Under the pieces are notes generated by a model. That model was given only the letters and a program-made list of their open reading frames with translations, was not told the DNA's origin and searched no databases. DNA of 58,897 bases, from assembly GCF_001194135.2 (NCBI RefSeq), contig NC_068981.1, positions 59,619,291-59,678,187 on the forward strand. The letters are read 5' to 3'. A program made the translations under genes and the position numbers. Each line of letters begins with the position of its first letter. The first letter of the stretch is position 1. Source of the DNA: Octopus bimaculoides. Taxonomy: Eukaryota. Shown piece by piece: positions 36,167 to 49,171 of the stretch.

Positions 36167-38075
36167 AGAGATGAGCCGTAAAGATGAATGATGCATTTAC
36201 GGCTATGTGAGTATGTGGATAAAGAGGATTACCATTCACACAAGCACAGCATATAATTTAATCATAAGTTCGAAAATAAATATCATGCTTAGGTCTAAAT
36301 TGCAAGATTAGTTTGACATGAAATAGAATGAGAAGGATTTTGTTGGCAAGATCATGAATAATTCACTGTTGTAGCTCCGATAGAATACAATCTGAAAATG
36401 TGCAGAGAAGCAGAGAGGTTTTATCCATTAGAAAATCTTGAATACAGATTTAGCTACGAAGCTCATTATTATTTGAACGTATTAGTTCGAATAAGCTTTC
36501 TAATCCCAACCCATTGCCTAACATACAATGTACACTAAGTTATGCATAAATAAAAGTTTTATCTATAGAAATTGAGGCCCTCGTGTTTATACACTAAAAT
36601 ACATATCGTAGTCAACATGCTCACTAACTCGCTCACAAATATAATAGGATGTGCGTTAACGGGCTCATATTAAAATTGTTGGCCGCTGTAAATAAAACTG
36701 TGATGGTTACAAAGTTTCAGTTACTGACTAAAATATTCCATTTCATATGACAATATATTTCCCCGAGAGAAGACATGTGAGTTGCAAGCCCCATCGTTTT
36801 ACTTTCCTGATATACAGACGCTTTGTAATTCTTAGAAAAACAATAACATATCATAGAATGGTCAATAGGGCAGCGAAAACGTTAGGCTTAAGATAACATA
36901 TTCTAATATATATTTGCTTCGTCTTTTGATATTTTGCTTTCGTTTCTTCCTGCTATTTTATATATCATCAGGTCTTCTAAAAGGACACAAACGAATGTAA
37001 TGTAAACATGTGAAATACAATGTAAGCCTCGATGGTGAGATGAGTCTCTCATGAAGCAGGTATCTTCGAGCTGGGTTTCAAGTACGTCATAACAGCATCG
37101 CAACAAATTTGATTTTAAAGAGTATAAAGGTTATTACGACCTTGACAAGAAAGGGTAGATACGAGAAATAAATAACACAAATGAAATGGCTCACAACAGA
37201 ATCGGGGCTATATCACATAGTTAGATGTAATTCAGGTTACTTTTAGCCATATGTGTTTGAATCTGTGTAACCGTCAATGTACGCATATATTTATGCAGAA
37301 ACATATTAAAATTTTCATGTAAACACATTCACACGCACAAACACGCACGCGTGTACACACACACAGATACACATCAACCCGTGCACATACATAAACGTAC
37401 AACCTCTTAGAATCCGTATCTATACGCAAAGTTATCTGTACGAAATTACTAACAGCCATCTATTGATTTTATCGGAACAGTTGCACACTCATTCTCACTA
37501 TAGAACAGACTAGAAAACTTTAAATCATCGTCTAACGTGCACATCATGACAAGTGTAAGCAATTGATGTTCAAGTTGCCAACTTAACAGCACTAAAACTT
37601 GGTTTAGTGAAGGATGTCAATTTTTTTGTCTGATTTGCATTTTAAAGGTTTCAATGATGTAAATTTCCATTACAACAAGACATGTCTTCTCTCTTAGAAT
37701 CTATTAGAATGCTAAAATCGTATGAGATACAGAAGCCATTTTGCTCACATGCATTAAAACTGTATAAGTGATTTAACGATAACGTAAAACATTAAAAAAA
37801 GGTGATAGAATATGAAATAGAAATAAATTGAAAAATAGAACACATCCAACAAAACAACTATAGAAATATAAATTCTATCGTTCTGTCGTTCAGAAATAGA
37901 TAAGCAGGCAGGCGCTTGCGCCAAAAAAAAAACAAAAACAAACAAACAAACAAAAACCTTAAATAAATCTTGCAAAGCAAAAGAAGAAAGACAAAACACA
38001 CATCAAAACACCTACGCAAGTGTGATTGTATATTCTCTCTCTCACATTCTCTTAAATATTTATTTATATATTTTT

Positions 38076-38107
<32 letters not shown>

Positions 38108-38409
38108 TATATATCTGTGTGTGTAAATATGAGGCTATAATATGTGTGAGTGCATGTATGCATGTTTGTGTATAAAGAAATATATATATTAGACTCTAGT
38201 GTACACACACACACACACGTGCGCCCGCGCCCACGCACACACATATATATATGAATGAGTACACCTTTATGTGTTCGTGTGTTGTATATGTACACCGGCG
38301 CCGTTACGAGAACATCTTCCCTCGTACAAAACTCAGGTGAGCCTCTTCGGAAGCACTCTCTGAAATATCTAACGCTTTCAGATTAATGCCAATTGTCTAC
38401 GATATACGA

Positions 38410-38611
38410 GGGCAGCGAGCTGGCAGAAATGTTAGCACGCTGGTCGAAATTCTTAGCGGTATTTCGTCTCTCTTTACGTTCTTAGTTCAAATTCTGCCGA
38501 GGTCGACTTTGCCTTTTGGGGTCGATAAATTAAGTACCATTTCGTACTTGGGTAGATCTAATCGACTGGCCACCTCCCCAAAACTTTCGGCCTGCACCTA
38601 GAGTAGAAAAG
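38410..38611 (+). mobile_element. SINE family B with 16-bp target-site duplication
   Basis: Collinear with 7104-7318; flanks AATTGTCTACGATATA (38391-38406) and AATTGTCTATGATATA (38612-38627). Confidence 0.9.
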
Positions 38612-39099
38612 AATTGTCTATGATATAGAAATGAATCGGAATTCAAATACAACTCCCATCCCATGAAAAATAGTTAATATTTTATTTTTGTTCTGTGTGG
38701 AAACACGTTGATTTTAGGAAACTAATTTAAAATTCCTCACATATTCAATTGAATCACTTTAATGTTAGAGGAGATATCGGTCGGGACCCACGGCCATTTA
38801 TTTGTATTTGAAACAAAAGTCAATAAGGAGTACATTCCAGAAGGTTTGAGACTTTTCTAGAAGATACAGTTATAAATGTCCTAGATTATTCTATTTTAGC
38901 ATATATTTAATACTCATTTAATAAGCTGACCTTCCAACTTTCATTATTCCAGATTGAAGGTGATGGTTGTTACAACACTTTGAAAGCACCCTGTCATTGT
39001 TTGTCACAGCCGTTTGGTTTCCAAAATGCAGTAGGGACGTGTACACAATTTGGAAGCTTTCTATGAAATAAAGTGTTGTGTTAAACTGGACAAAAACAC

Positions 39100-39680
39100 G
39101 AGAGAAAGTTATGAAATGTTTATGGATTAACTTCCATGAGCCCAGCATTTCTATTTCGCTAGCTCAGTGGAAAGGGGGTCAAAAGACGATGAGAGGTGTA
39201 GGAGGAAGACGGACGTGTGATCACCAGAATAAGTTGAGTAAAATTCTCAATCTTCTAGAGGAAAACTGTTGCGTATCTGTGAAGACAATAAGCATTTCCA
39301 TTCTGGTTACCAACTACTTGACAAAAATGGGCTTCAGAACTGACTCTTATCCTCCTTACAGACTTGTCTCTTATCACCTGTCACATCTGTCGTCTCTGCA
39401 AACTGAAGGTGAAACTTAGGGACAATCGTTTTTAACCATTTTGATTACCAACTACTTGAGACAGGTGGGTTCAAACTGTCCCTTATCCCCTGTCACATCT
39501 GTCTTCTCTGCTGAAGAAGAAACTTAGGGACAGTCATTTTTAAGACATTGAGAAGGCAATGGAGCAATGAGGTCGTGGGCACTGTCAGTTTGGAGGACTT
39601 CAACGGGTCTTCTCAAAGTGCTTGGATCACTTCAACAAGTACATTGAAGATAGAGGGTTTCACTTTGAAGGAGATTAGAC
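39100..39680 (+). mobile_element. Decayed mariner remnant with internal deletion and ~135-bp tandem duplication
   Basis: HTH-like KDDER..RRT...KILNLLEENCCVS, a PPY...HL...LKVKLRGQSF block present twice (about 39305-39435 and 39443-39545), and a C-terminal KYIEDRGFHFEGD*. Confidence 0.55.
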
Positions 39681-40345
39681 TTTTGTGTTTATTTGAAATA
39701 AATAAAACTCTCTCCGGAAAAATTCTCAAAACTTAGCAAATTAAAATTCTGTCAGTGAAAAAATTTTCGAATTAAAACTTTTGAATTTATTAGGATCTTT
39801 GCCCAGTCAATTAATCTAAGAAGTTTTTCCGATGCGATTATAAATTCTATTCCTACTTATGATTTAATAAACACAGTGGTAAGTTCAAGTTTATTTTATA
39901 TTTTAAGAGCTTACTGTCAGATTTCTGTAAGCAACTAATTTTAGCTTTAGAATGATTTGAAGCTTACATTAAAAGTTTTGTTATCACTGCACTGTAGACA
40001 CGATATACAAATATTGTACTAATTCACTTCTAAATGTATTCTTTGCGCTATTCTTTTGATTTGATTTGATTATGGTTTTAACATTGCCACACAATTTATA
40101 TTTGCTTGCAGGAGCAGATATCTCTAGGGACGTAAGTTAATTTTCTATTTCGAAAATGTTCCATAAAAAAGCAAACGTAATTGAAGTAGATTAATTGAGA
40201 TTAGCGTTGGATATCCCTTCTACATAGTGCCTTATGAATATTTCTTATTTCTTTAGAAAGCATTGCCAAGTCAAATAGTTACACCAAGAAGTTGTTTTAA
40301 TTCTATTCACATTTTAATACATATACAATAAACATATACGTATAA

Positions 40346-40387
<42 letters not shown>

Positions 40388-40421
40388 ACACGAGCACATA
40401 AACATAAACACTCAGGCACTC

Positions 40422-40458
<37 letters not shown>

Positions 40459-40493
40459 AACATATACATAAACACTCAGGTACTCACACATAC
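40346..40493. repeat. (CA)n-containing ~70-bp tandem unit running into a gap
   Basis: (ca)n-cgagcacataaacataaacactcaggcactcacac repeated as (ca)n-cgagaacatatacataaacactcaggtactcacac. Confidence 0.8.
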
Positions 40494-43400
40494 NNNNNNN
40501 NNNNNNNNNNNNNNNNNNNNNNNNNNNNNNNNNNNNNNNNNNNNNNNNNNNNNNNNNNNNNNNNNNNNNNNNNNNNNNNNNNNNNNNNNNNNNNNNNNNN
40601 NNNNNNNNNNNNNNNNNNNNNNNNNNNNNNNNNNNNNNNNNNNNNNNNNNNNNNNNNNNNNNNNNNNNNNNNNNNNNNNNNNNNNNNNNNNNNNNNNNNN
40701 NNNNNNNNNNNNNNNNNNNNNNNNNNNNNNNNNNNNNNNNNNNNNNNNNNNNNNNNNNNNNNNNNNNNNNNNNNNNNNNNNNNNNNNNNNNNNNNNNNNN
40801 CCCCCCCCGAATCGTATTTTAAATGCAGAATATATTAGAAAACACATAATGAATAAAGATTCAACAGACATTTAATCAGCTATACGTGTTTAAATAAAAT
40901 AGCGTAACAAAACAGTAGCATGCTGCAGTATACATATATAATTGGTTCCATATTTGATGGAGTAAAATCCTACAGAGAAACAAGAATTTCTTTCCATTCT
41001 ATTCCTATCAAACTTGTAATGCCATGGCAGAGATTAGTAAGCGTTGTAAATCAGTAAGGCAGTAGGAAGCTTAAGTCTCCAGTCAGTATTTTTCTGTGAC
41101 CAGTTCCACTTTTCTTTAAGCAATAGGAATGTATACTTAAATGACCTATTTAGAAGTTATATATCACGCCAAATTAGGATTGTAATTTCGATCTCTGATG
41201 TCGCCTTATACATCCAGCAACTAGAGGAGGACGAAAAGCAGTACACGAAGCCTGTTTACTACTACATTTTTATTAATCAGGTGAATGCTAAATGTACATT
41301 CATATCTATATTGTGACTGTGTTATTCTGGTCGAAATAAAATTGTAATTTGATCAGTGACACCTCTAAGTATACGTAGCACATAGAGGAAGACTAGCTAA
41401 ATTAAAGACAAACCTAAAGATAACCGTCACTAAGAAAGATGTTCTATACAAAGTTAAATGACTCTACATTTAGCAGGATTATGTTTCAGAACTAAATAAA
41501 AAAAACAACATATAATTAAGTTAAATGAAGTAAATCAGTGATTAAAGACACGAGTCAATACCCGTCATATTTTAGACGATCTATAATATTACGTATATGT
41601 TAAACTGAAGATGTATACATGAAATTATATTATAATTACAATTAAAATTATAATTATATTGCATTATAAAGGGCAATTAAGGAAAAAAGTGTTAAAATTG
41701 ATATAACAACATATACTAAATATACCAGACTGACAAATGTAAATCAAATCTAGTATATATTTAGGGTGCACTAAACAGCAGTACACTTGTTTGGATGAGG
41801 TTTTGACAATTTTTTTCTAAAGGAATGCATACAATTTAACATTTATTCATTCCTTTTATTTAACATGTTGCGTTTGCATATAAGGACAATGAGAACCTCA
41901 TCGAGACATAAGTTGTATTGTAGCTTCTTTGCATTATATTGTAGTGTACTATCTACAATTAACCATTCCTTATAATACTTAGTATGCTTCTTTTTAAGGT
42001 TCCATTAAAACTTAAGAAGTGAAGTTTATCTATTTTGTATTGAAATAAAGTTTTACGATTATACACCCTTGAATCAAAACTTGTCCCACTAGCACCTACT
42101 AATAATGAATATTTTCACTTGTTATTACTGATGAGAATGTATAAACTATGTTCATTATCACTAGTTATATAAGGAATAGTTTTAAGGACTCGTAAGAATA
42201 AAGTAATAGGTTTATATTGGTATTGCCTCAAACACATACAGAATTTACATCTTAAAATTTATTTCAGTTCTGATTCGTGCTGCATCAGAATGTAGATTTC
42301 AATGACGAGTCCCACCAAAATAATAAAAATACAAATTACGCTAATAACTAACGTGCTAGCCTAATATATAAGCTTCATATTCGAGACCATTCTTTGACAC
42401 TAATGGCACTTCAATGGAAGATAGCGACTACTTTCGCTTACACTACATTTTCGGATCCATTTGTCCGCATGCAGCCAACGGAAGTGTTAATATTACATTA
42501 TCGAAGATTACATTATCGTAATGAAATTTCTGCCACGTGGCTTTCTAATAATTTGTAATCATGTACATTTAAATATCGGCATGTTTCCTGCATCTCTTCC
42601 TAGCCCGGCCCAAATATTAATATTTAAATATGCAGACTTCATCACCCACTCATAGTTGCAACCAAAGCAACCACAAGTACATATTTATTAGAAATTTATT
42701 TGTATATGTATGATTCCCCCTCCCTCACATTACCTGGCGTTCTCTTCAGGCTCACTTTCTGTCTTCTTTCACTTCACTCTGTACCTTTCATTTTTCTCGC
42801 TCCTCCTTAATTATTCTATCCCTCCGCCCCTACCCCTCTCTCTTTTCTCTCTCCACGTGACCAGTGTTCGGCCAAGCCTGACCTTTCTTTCTTGCTTCGA
42901 CTACCATCCGTGCAACATGTATATTCCTCCTTGTGCCCGTCAAAACTTATGTCCCTGCCGTAAGGTCTTTCTTTCACACACGCCAGCTTAAATTAATTCG
43001 TCCTTAGTCGAAAGACACCTGTTGTTATGTTCTGCCAATTGCATTTGTATTTGTGTAACATTTCTCCGTTTTTTCCGTCCTTGTTTCCGTATACATTCGC
43101 TGCTTTCTTCTAAGGAATCTAATGCTATTAGCTTAGTTTTTCCTTGGGGCTGGCCAAATTGGAGCAATCTCGAGTATAACCAGCTGAAATTGCAAAGATA
43201 AACTGGAACTGGACTGAGGAAAGAAAACTNNNNNNNNNNNNNNNNNNNNNNNNNNNNNNNNNNNNNNNNNNNNNNNNNNNNNNNNNNNNNNNNNNNNNNN
43301 NNNNNNNNNNNNNNNNNNNNNNNNNNNNNNNNNNNNNNNNNNNNNNNNNNNNNNNNNNNNNNNNNNNNNNNNNNNNNNNNNNNNNNNNNNNNNNNNNNNN

Positions 43401-43603
43401 NNNNNNNNNNNNNNNNNNNNNNNNNNNNNNNNNNNNNNNNNNNNNNNNNNNNNNNNNNNNNNNNNNNNNNNNNNNNNNNNNNNNNNNNNNNNNNNNNNNN
43501 NNNNNNNNNNNNNNNNNNNNNNNNNNNNNNNNNNNNNNNNNNNNNNNNNNNNNNNNNNNNNNNNNNNNNNNNNNNNNNNNNNNNNNNNNNNNNNNNNNNN
43601 NNN

Positions 43604-43777
43604 TACATATATACGACGGGCTTCTTTCAGTTTCCGTCTACCAAATTCACTCGCAAGGCTTTGGTCGGCCCGAGGCTATAGTAGAGGACATTTTCCCAAG
43701 GTGTCACGCAGTGGGACTGAACCCGGAAGCATGTGGTTGGTAAGCAAGCTACTTAACATAAAGCCACTCCTGCGCCT
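43604..43777 (-). mobile_element. SINE family A, 5' half (rest in a gap)
   Basis: Minus strand aggcgcaggagtggct...ggttcagtcccactgcgtgacaccttggg...ggtagacggaaactgaaagaagcccgtcg. Confidence 0.9.
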
Positions 43778-44465
43778 ATGATTTTTTCATATTTTGTTTA
43801 AGATAGCAAGAAATCTAAGGAATAGTGTCACAAAATTAGGTCATATAGTATCATTAATTATCAATTTGGACGTTTCCATTTACAATTTGCTTAACTGTAA
43901 ATTTGCTGTTAATGTAAGAAGTTGATGGTTCCTATAGTAACATCTAGTCCAGTGAATTTCTGAGTAGATGTCTTTTTTTGTCAATTAGCTTTAGTTGCAC
44001 TAAATGATAAGTAGGAGTTGTAACCGTATGTATAAGAGGCTAATAGCACTTTGAATTTTTGTGAATACATTTTTTGTTGATAGATGCTTTAGTTCACCAT
44101 ATTCATATTTGACAGACTTTTAATACTATTTAAATCAGTATGTCTCTGCAGAGCTACATTAAGCAATATTTTGTCATTAGAAATGTATCGCTATTGCATA
44201 TGTTTTAGTTCTTTTCTATGAAATAAGAAAATCAGAATGTTACGTTCACGAAGAATGAATCTCCTGATGACAAATTTCTATTCAATATCCTGCATGAATA
44301 AATCATGCATCAGTTGTGTTGTTCATCCATTGATTATTACGTTGGACTGTCTTGTAGTATACAACAAGACTAAGAGACTGGACAATTAAAAGTTAAGGCT
44401 TTGTCAGGACATGAGAATTGTATTCGCTATTAACTAAATGATAAAAAAAAAACGTATTTTCGCTG

Positions 44466-44502
44466 AGACCTGACGAAGCAGTTAATCTGCTGAGACATCT
44501 TC
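44466..44502 (+). ncRNA. Degenerate minimal hammerhead-like motif
   Basis: CTGACGA-AGCAG ttaat CTGCT-GAGAC-ATC-ttc. Perfect 5-bp stem II; two transitions from GAAAC-GTC; stem I is weak. Confidence 0.4.
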
Positions 44503-45238
44503 AATATATGTGTGATAAGTAAATTGGTTTAAACACTACAGAATTCTATAAATAAGTCATTAGCCAAATGAAAAATCAATAAATATTGTGCAACAACTAT
44601 TCTATGTTGTTATATAGTAAAATAGAAAGCTTAAACTATACTTGCACATCAATAGCATAGACGAAGTTAAATTATTTTAATTCTGATATCCGAACTGCGT
44701 CGAAATACTTTTCAAGAACGTAGTTCTTGCATTATAACGTTTGCAACGGAAATCTTTGCATATTGATTTCTCTGAGACCAGCATCGTAAGATTTTGTCTT
44801 TAAGAGAAGCAGAAATATTTTTCACAAGTTACTGAATCCAAAGTAATATTTGCAGAGTTAAATTATGCTGTCAACCAATGTCCTAGTTTCTAAGCTAAGT
44901 ATTGCTTATCTTAAAAATTCTTAATACCTTCTATCAGATTCGAACGTTAATACGCTAATCTCCATTGTATCGTGTCAATGAAGAATAAATTTTCCTTTCA
45001 GATGAATGTGTTCAAAACACACTTGATTCTTTAGCACCAGGAGTCTTTAGGGCACCGGGTGTATGGACATCGTTGTGATCAATTCCTCAACCAAAAGTTA
45101 CCACGGGTCAAAAAATCTAACATGCGTTTTATTAATTTATAACGGTGTAACGGCGATTAGCATAATCACGTTCCTGGAATGTATTAAGAATGAATATGCA
45201 TGACATAAATTTGATTCCCGCAGCTCGCTGCGAACATG

Positions 45239-46447
45239 AGGAATGTTGGGGGTTAGTAGCCCGCGCCCTTAACCACTACGTCATATGCCCGTGGACAATT
45301 ACGGAGTGAATTTTATGGCTTATAAATCTAATATTTTCCTATCCTTCCTTTATACTGGTTCCCATATGTTACTAATATCTGCACAAGGTCTGCTTAGGAG
45401 GTTATTATATCCAAGAATATGTGCTGCCTCTTTTAGTTTTAGTATTTTCTAGTGGTGTTCTATCTGTTTATTATTCTAACTTTATCCCACAGGGGGAGGT
45501 GATCTCCGTTTTTCCATACATTATCAACTCTACCCGATTTATCAATATCTCCACGTGTCACAGCTCTACAACGTCCGTCTACCCTTATTTTGAGGCGGCG
45601 GCATGTTTCGGCTTTGTATCACCTCCCACAGCTGCATGGGATGGAATACACGCAGTTTTTGGTCATATTCTCTTCTATTGGTGGTTTTANNNNNNNNNNG
45701 TTTTTGGTCATATTCTCTTCTATTGGTGGTTTTACTCGAAGGAGATATTTGTGAAGTGTTGTATTACTCTTGAATGCTGTCCTGATGTCATATGGGCCAC
45801 GTATCTTTTGTATCTTTTCGGAGAGGCTTTCACATAGATTAGACAGACTGTGGCCAGTTTATGGGTTTCATCCTCCCTTCTCTTCATAATTGGAATAGAT
45901 AGTATATCTGTGGGGTAGTTGTTGCTTAATAGATTGTTACTTAGCTTGGTCATTTCTTCGTGGTGTATATCAGGATCGCTAATTATATTCTTCGCTCGAT
46001 GTTTTACCCACTGAGCAATCCATTTCTTTACACTGTATGGATGGTGAGAATTGAAGTTGAGGTATCGTCCAGTGAAGGTCGGCTTGCGGTATACGGATGT
46101 CTTCCATCCGTACTTGGTGCGTGTTATTAATATGTCCAAGAATGCTAGCTGATTGTCGTTTCCTTTCCCATTGTGAACTGTATGGGCGTCTTTATTGAGT
46201 TCACATAATCTAACAGTAGTTGGACATCTTCCTGGTGGGGCCAGTGAATAAAGGTATCATCAACATGTCGCAGCCATAGTGTTGGTTTTAGTGGTGTTGA
46301 TCCTAAAGCCAAATTCTTAAAGTATCCATGTACATATTGGCTATTATCAGTGATAATGGTGAATCCATAGCTAAACCCTCTTCTTGTCGATATATAACAA
46401 TGTCCATTCTGAAGTTGGTAGTTTCTACACAGAAGGTCAACAGTTCC
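45239..46447 (-). mobile_element. Penelope-like element (RT C-terminal half plus GIY-YIG), same family as 15.9-16.6 kb
   Basis: GLAM(G)SPLS..IAN.YM, ..DDTFIHWPHQEDV, DILITRTKYGWKTSVYRKPTFTGRYLNFNSHHP, then GIY-YIG and the tRNA-like block at 45239-45290. Confidence 0.9.
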
Positions 46448-46925
46448 ATCGAGTATAGCTGATCATGTATGGAGAAACGGAGATCACCTCCCCCTGTGGG
46501 ATGAAGTTAAAATAATAGACAGAGAACACCACTAGAAAATACAAAAACTAAAAGAGGCAGCATATATTCTAGGACATAATAACCTCCTAAGCAGACATAG
46601 TGCAGATATGGGAACCAGTATTAAGGAAGGATAGGAAAATATTATATGTATAAGCCCTAAACTTCACTCCATAATTGCCCACGAGCATATGGCGTAGTAG
46701 TTAAGAGCACGGGATACTAATCCCAACGTTCCGTGTTGGATTCCAGTCAGTGACCTGAATAACAATAATAATAACATCGGGAAAATACGTTAGGAATGAA
46801 AACCTAAGTTCGAAATTCCCCCAGGACACTTGATGAATGCTGGAGAGTAATCAGCCGAAACGTTGTGTTAACAACAAACACGATGAGGACAAATATCTGT
46901 CAAATGTAAATGATGTAAATAATAT
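46448..46925 (+). mobile_element. Inverted copy of the PLE 3' end: endonuclease tail, tRNA-like block (46683-46755), hammerhead
   Basis: Reverse complement of about 45239-45545, extended to caaatgtaaatgatgtaaataat. Confidence 0.88.
46825..46869 (+). ncRNA. Minimal hammerhead (PLE type) with C3-to-U change
   Basis: GACAC-TTGATGA-at-GCTG gagagtaat CAGC-c-GAAACGT-T-GTGTT. Confidence 0.6.
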
Positions 46926-47353
46926 ACTACAAAAGCTATTAAAACTCTTATATAACATAGTTGACTGTTTCAAATACATGTAAAATTTTAACATTGGGCA
47001 TGAAGATGAAACAAAAATATATTTTAAAGCTACATTGCTTTCATGTACTAAATTCAACATAGATCAGTTTCAAAAGATGGAAAGTTTTGAAACGATTTTT
47101 AAAAATTTTAGTAAAGCATCTTAACTAAAGTCAATCTTCTGAACTAAAGTTACATGCAGCTTCTTATAAAATTTACTGCACATCACATTATAAAAATAAA
47201 TTGAACTCTCCTACATTATTCTACTTTTTAAGCAGTCTCAGTCTAAAATAGCGGTTTACCTTTGAAGTAATACAAAGGTATTCAGAAGTATTACAAAATA
47301 TAATCGGGATGTATTATCTTTATATTAGCTTAGCGTACAGGAAGGGTTAGTTT

Positions 47354-47778
47354 CCTGGCCGTCGGCGCCATTTCAGACCAGAGACTGACGCTGATACGTT
47401 CCATTTATATAGATGCAATTTGGTAGCAACTGTAAAACATATGCAGGGAGCTAACAACAGGAAGCGGACATTCTACAAAGAAAAGTCTAGGCGTAGTGGT
47501 TAATGCACTCCTGGTAATATGTGTGGGGTGATCATGAAAAACGATTCCAAGAGAAATAACTGAGTTGTAGGTGTCTACGTGTAGGTGGCAACCCCCGTGA
47601 GTGTGTAATATAAGAATATCGTTGAAATATAGCAATAACGACTCACGTTTTTACTATATTTGGACGGCATTATCATATCACTGTATTATTAGCTCTCTGT
47701 ACTTGTTTTATAATTGCTACTATAATATATGGAACATACCAGCGTCAGTCTATGGTCTAAATGGCTGCGGGGGCCAGG
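47354..47778. mobile_element. Old MITE/fold-back element with ~105-bp degenerate inverted arms
   Basis: cctggccgtcggcgccatttcagaccagagactgacgctgatacgttccat (47354-47460) matches the reverse complement of 47681-47778, cctggcccccgcagccatttagaccatagactgacgctggtatgttccat. Confidence 0.8.
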
Positions 47779-48197
47779 GTACATTACTACATTTTGCAAT
47801 ACTTCTGAATAATATACGTTCCAATCTAAACGGGTATTTTGTCTGAGAGGAGAAGAATTCAGTTTATTTTTATAATATTATATGAAGTAAAGTAAAGTAT
47901 ATAAGCAGCTGCCTGTGAATCTCTTGGTTCTTTGCTGGTTGAGATGCTTTACTAAAATTCTTAAAGTTCGTTACCATGCTTTACTAAATTAGTTAAGATG
48001 CTTCACTAAAATTCTTAAAGTTCGTTCCGAAATTTTCTCTTCAAAAAGCATATGTAGAAACTTATGAGATTACCATTCACAGGCCGTAGAAAGTCTCTGT
48101 AGTAGTTGAAATGGTCTGATAATACAGACATAGACTTCCCAAAATGCATCAATAAATTAATATTGATATTTTTTCACTGTTGTTACAGTCATCTGAA

Positions 48198-49171
48198 ATG
48201 GAACTGTCAAAGCGCGATATTCGAGCAATGTTGTTAACCAACTTGAAAAAAGGACGTAAAGCAGCTGATACTGCTCGCGATATCAACGAAACGTTTGGTG
48301 AGGAAACGACCACTGAGTGATCAGCTGGAAAATGGTTTAAATGATTTTGCAGTGGAGATGACGGTCAATTAAAGTCTGTTAAAGTCTGTCATTGAGAAAT
48401 ATCCACGCAAAACCACTCGAGAACTGGTAAAAGAATTTCAGAAAACTGCCTGCAATCATTTGCATGTGATCGGAAAATCAAAATATCTCGAGAAATGGGT
48501 ACCACACGATTTGAATGAATTTCAGAAAATGCGCAGATATGAAATTTACACGTCACTTCTTCGTAACCAGACCGATCCATTTCTCGACCGTATTGTAACT
48601 TGCGATGAAAAGTGGATTCTGTACAATAATAAAAGACGTTCTTCGCTGTGGTTGGATCAAAATGAAGCACCCAAAAAACTTCTCTAAATCCTGAGCTCTT
48701 CAAAAAGAAGGTTATGGTGACTGTTTGGTTGTGTACTACTGGACTCAGTCACTATAACTTTTTAAAACCCAGAAAACCATTACTGCAGAAACATTGCCAC
48801 GCAATTGCCGAAATGAACGAAAAACTGCTACCCCTGTGTCTCAGACTGGTCGACAGAAGAGGGTCAATCATTCTTCATGACAATGCTGGACCATACGTTT
48901 CACTAATGACGCTTCAGAAGTTGATGGAACTTGGCTACGAAGTTCTTTTCCACCGAGCTTACTCCCCAGACCTTTCTCCTACCGACTACCACTTTTTCAA
49001 GCACCTTGATAGTTTCCTTCGAAAGAAGGAGTTGAAAAATCAAACCGTGAAAGTGCATTCAAAGAGTTCATCAGCTTCATAACTCCAGATTTTTTCCTTA
49101 CCGGAATAAACAAACTTGTAACTCGTTGCTAAAAATGTGTTGATTGTAATGGTACTTACTTTGATGGATAA
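48198..49171 (+). mobile_element. Mariner transposase pseudogene (Hsmar1/SETMAR-like, DD34D)
   Basis: MELSKRDIRAML, WVPHDL, IVTCDEKWILYNN, LHDNAGPY, HRAYSPDLSPTDYHFF; multiple stops and frameshifts. Confidence 0.92.

Noticed and set aside
38950-39065. Possible exon after the polypyrimidine/AG at ~38970 (IEGDGCYNTLKAPCHC...)
   Set aside because: No recognisable domain, no clear donor site and no partner exons.
41600-41645. CTGAAGA-TGTATACA-TGAAAT as a hammerhead
   Set aside because: No stem I pairing and extremely AT-rich context; likely chance.
45655-45734. 35-bp direct repeat inside the PLE
   Set aside because: It also flanks a 10-N gap, so it is an assembly overlap artefact.
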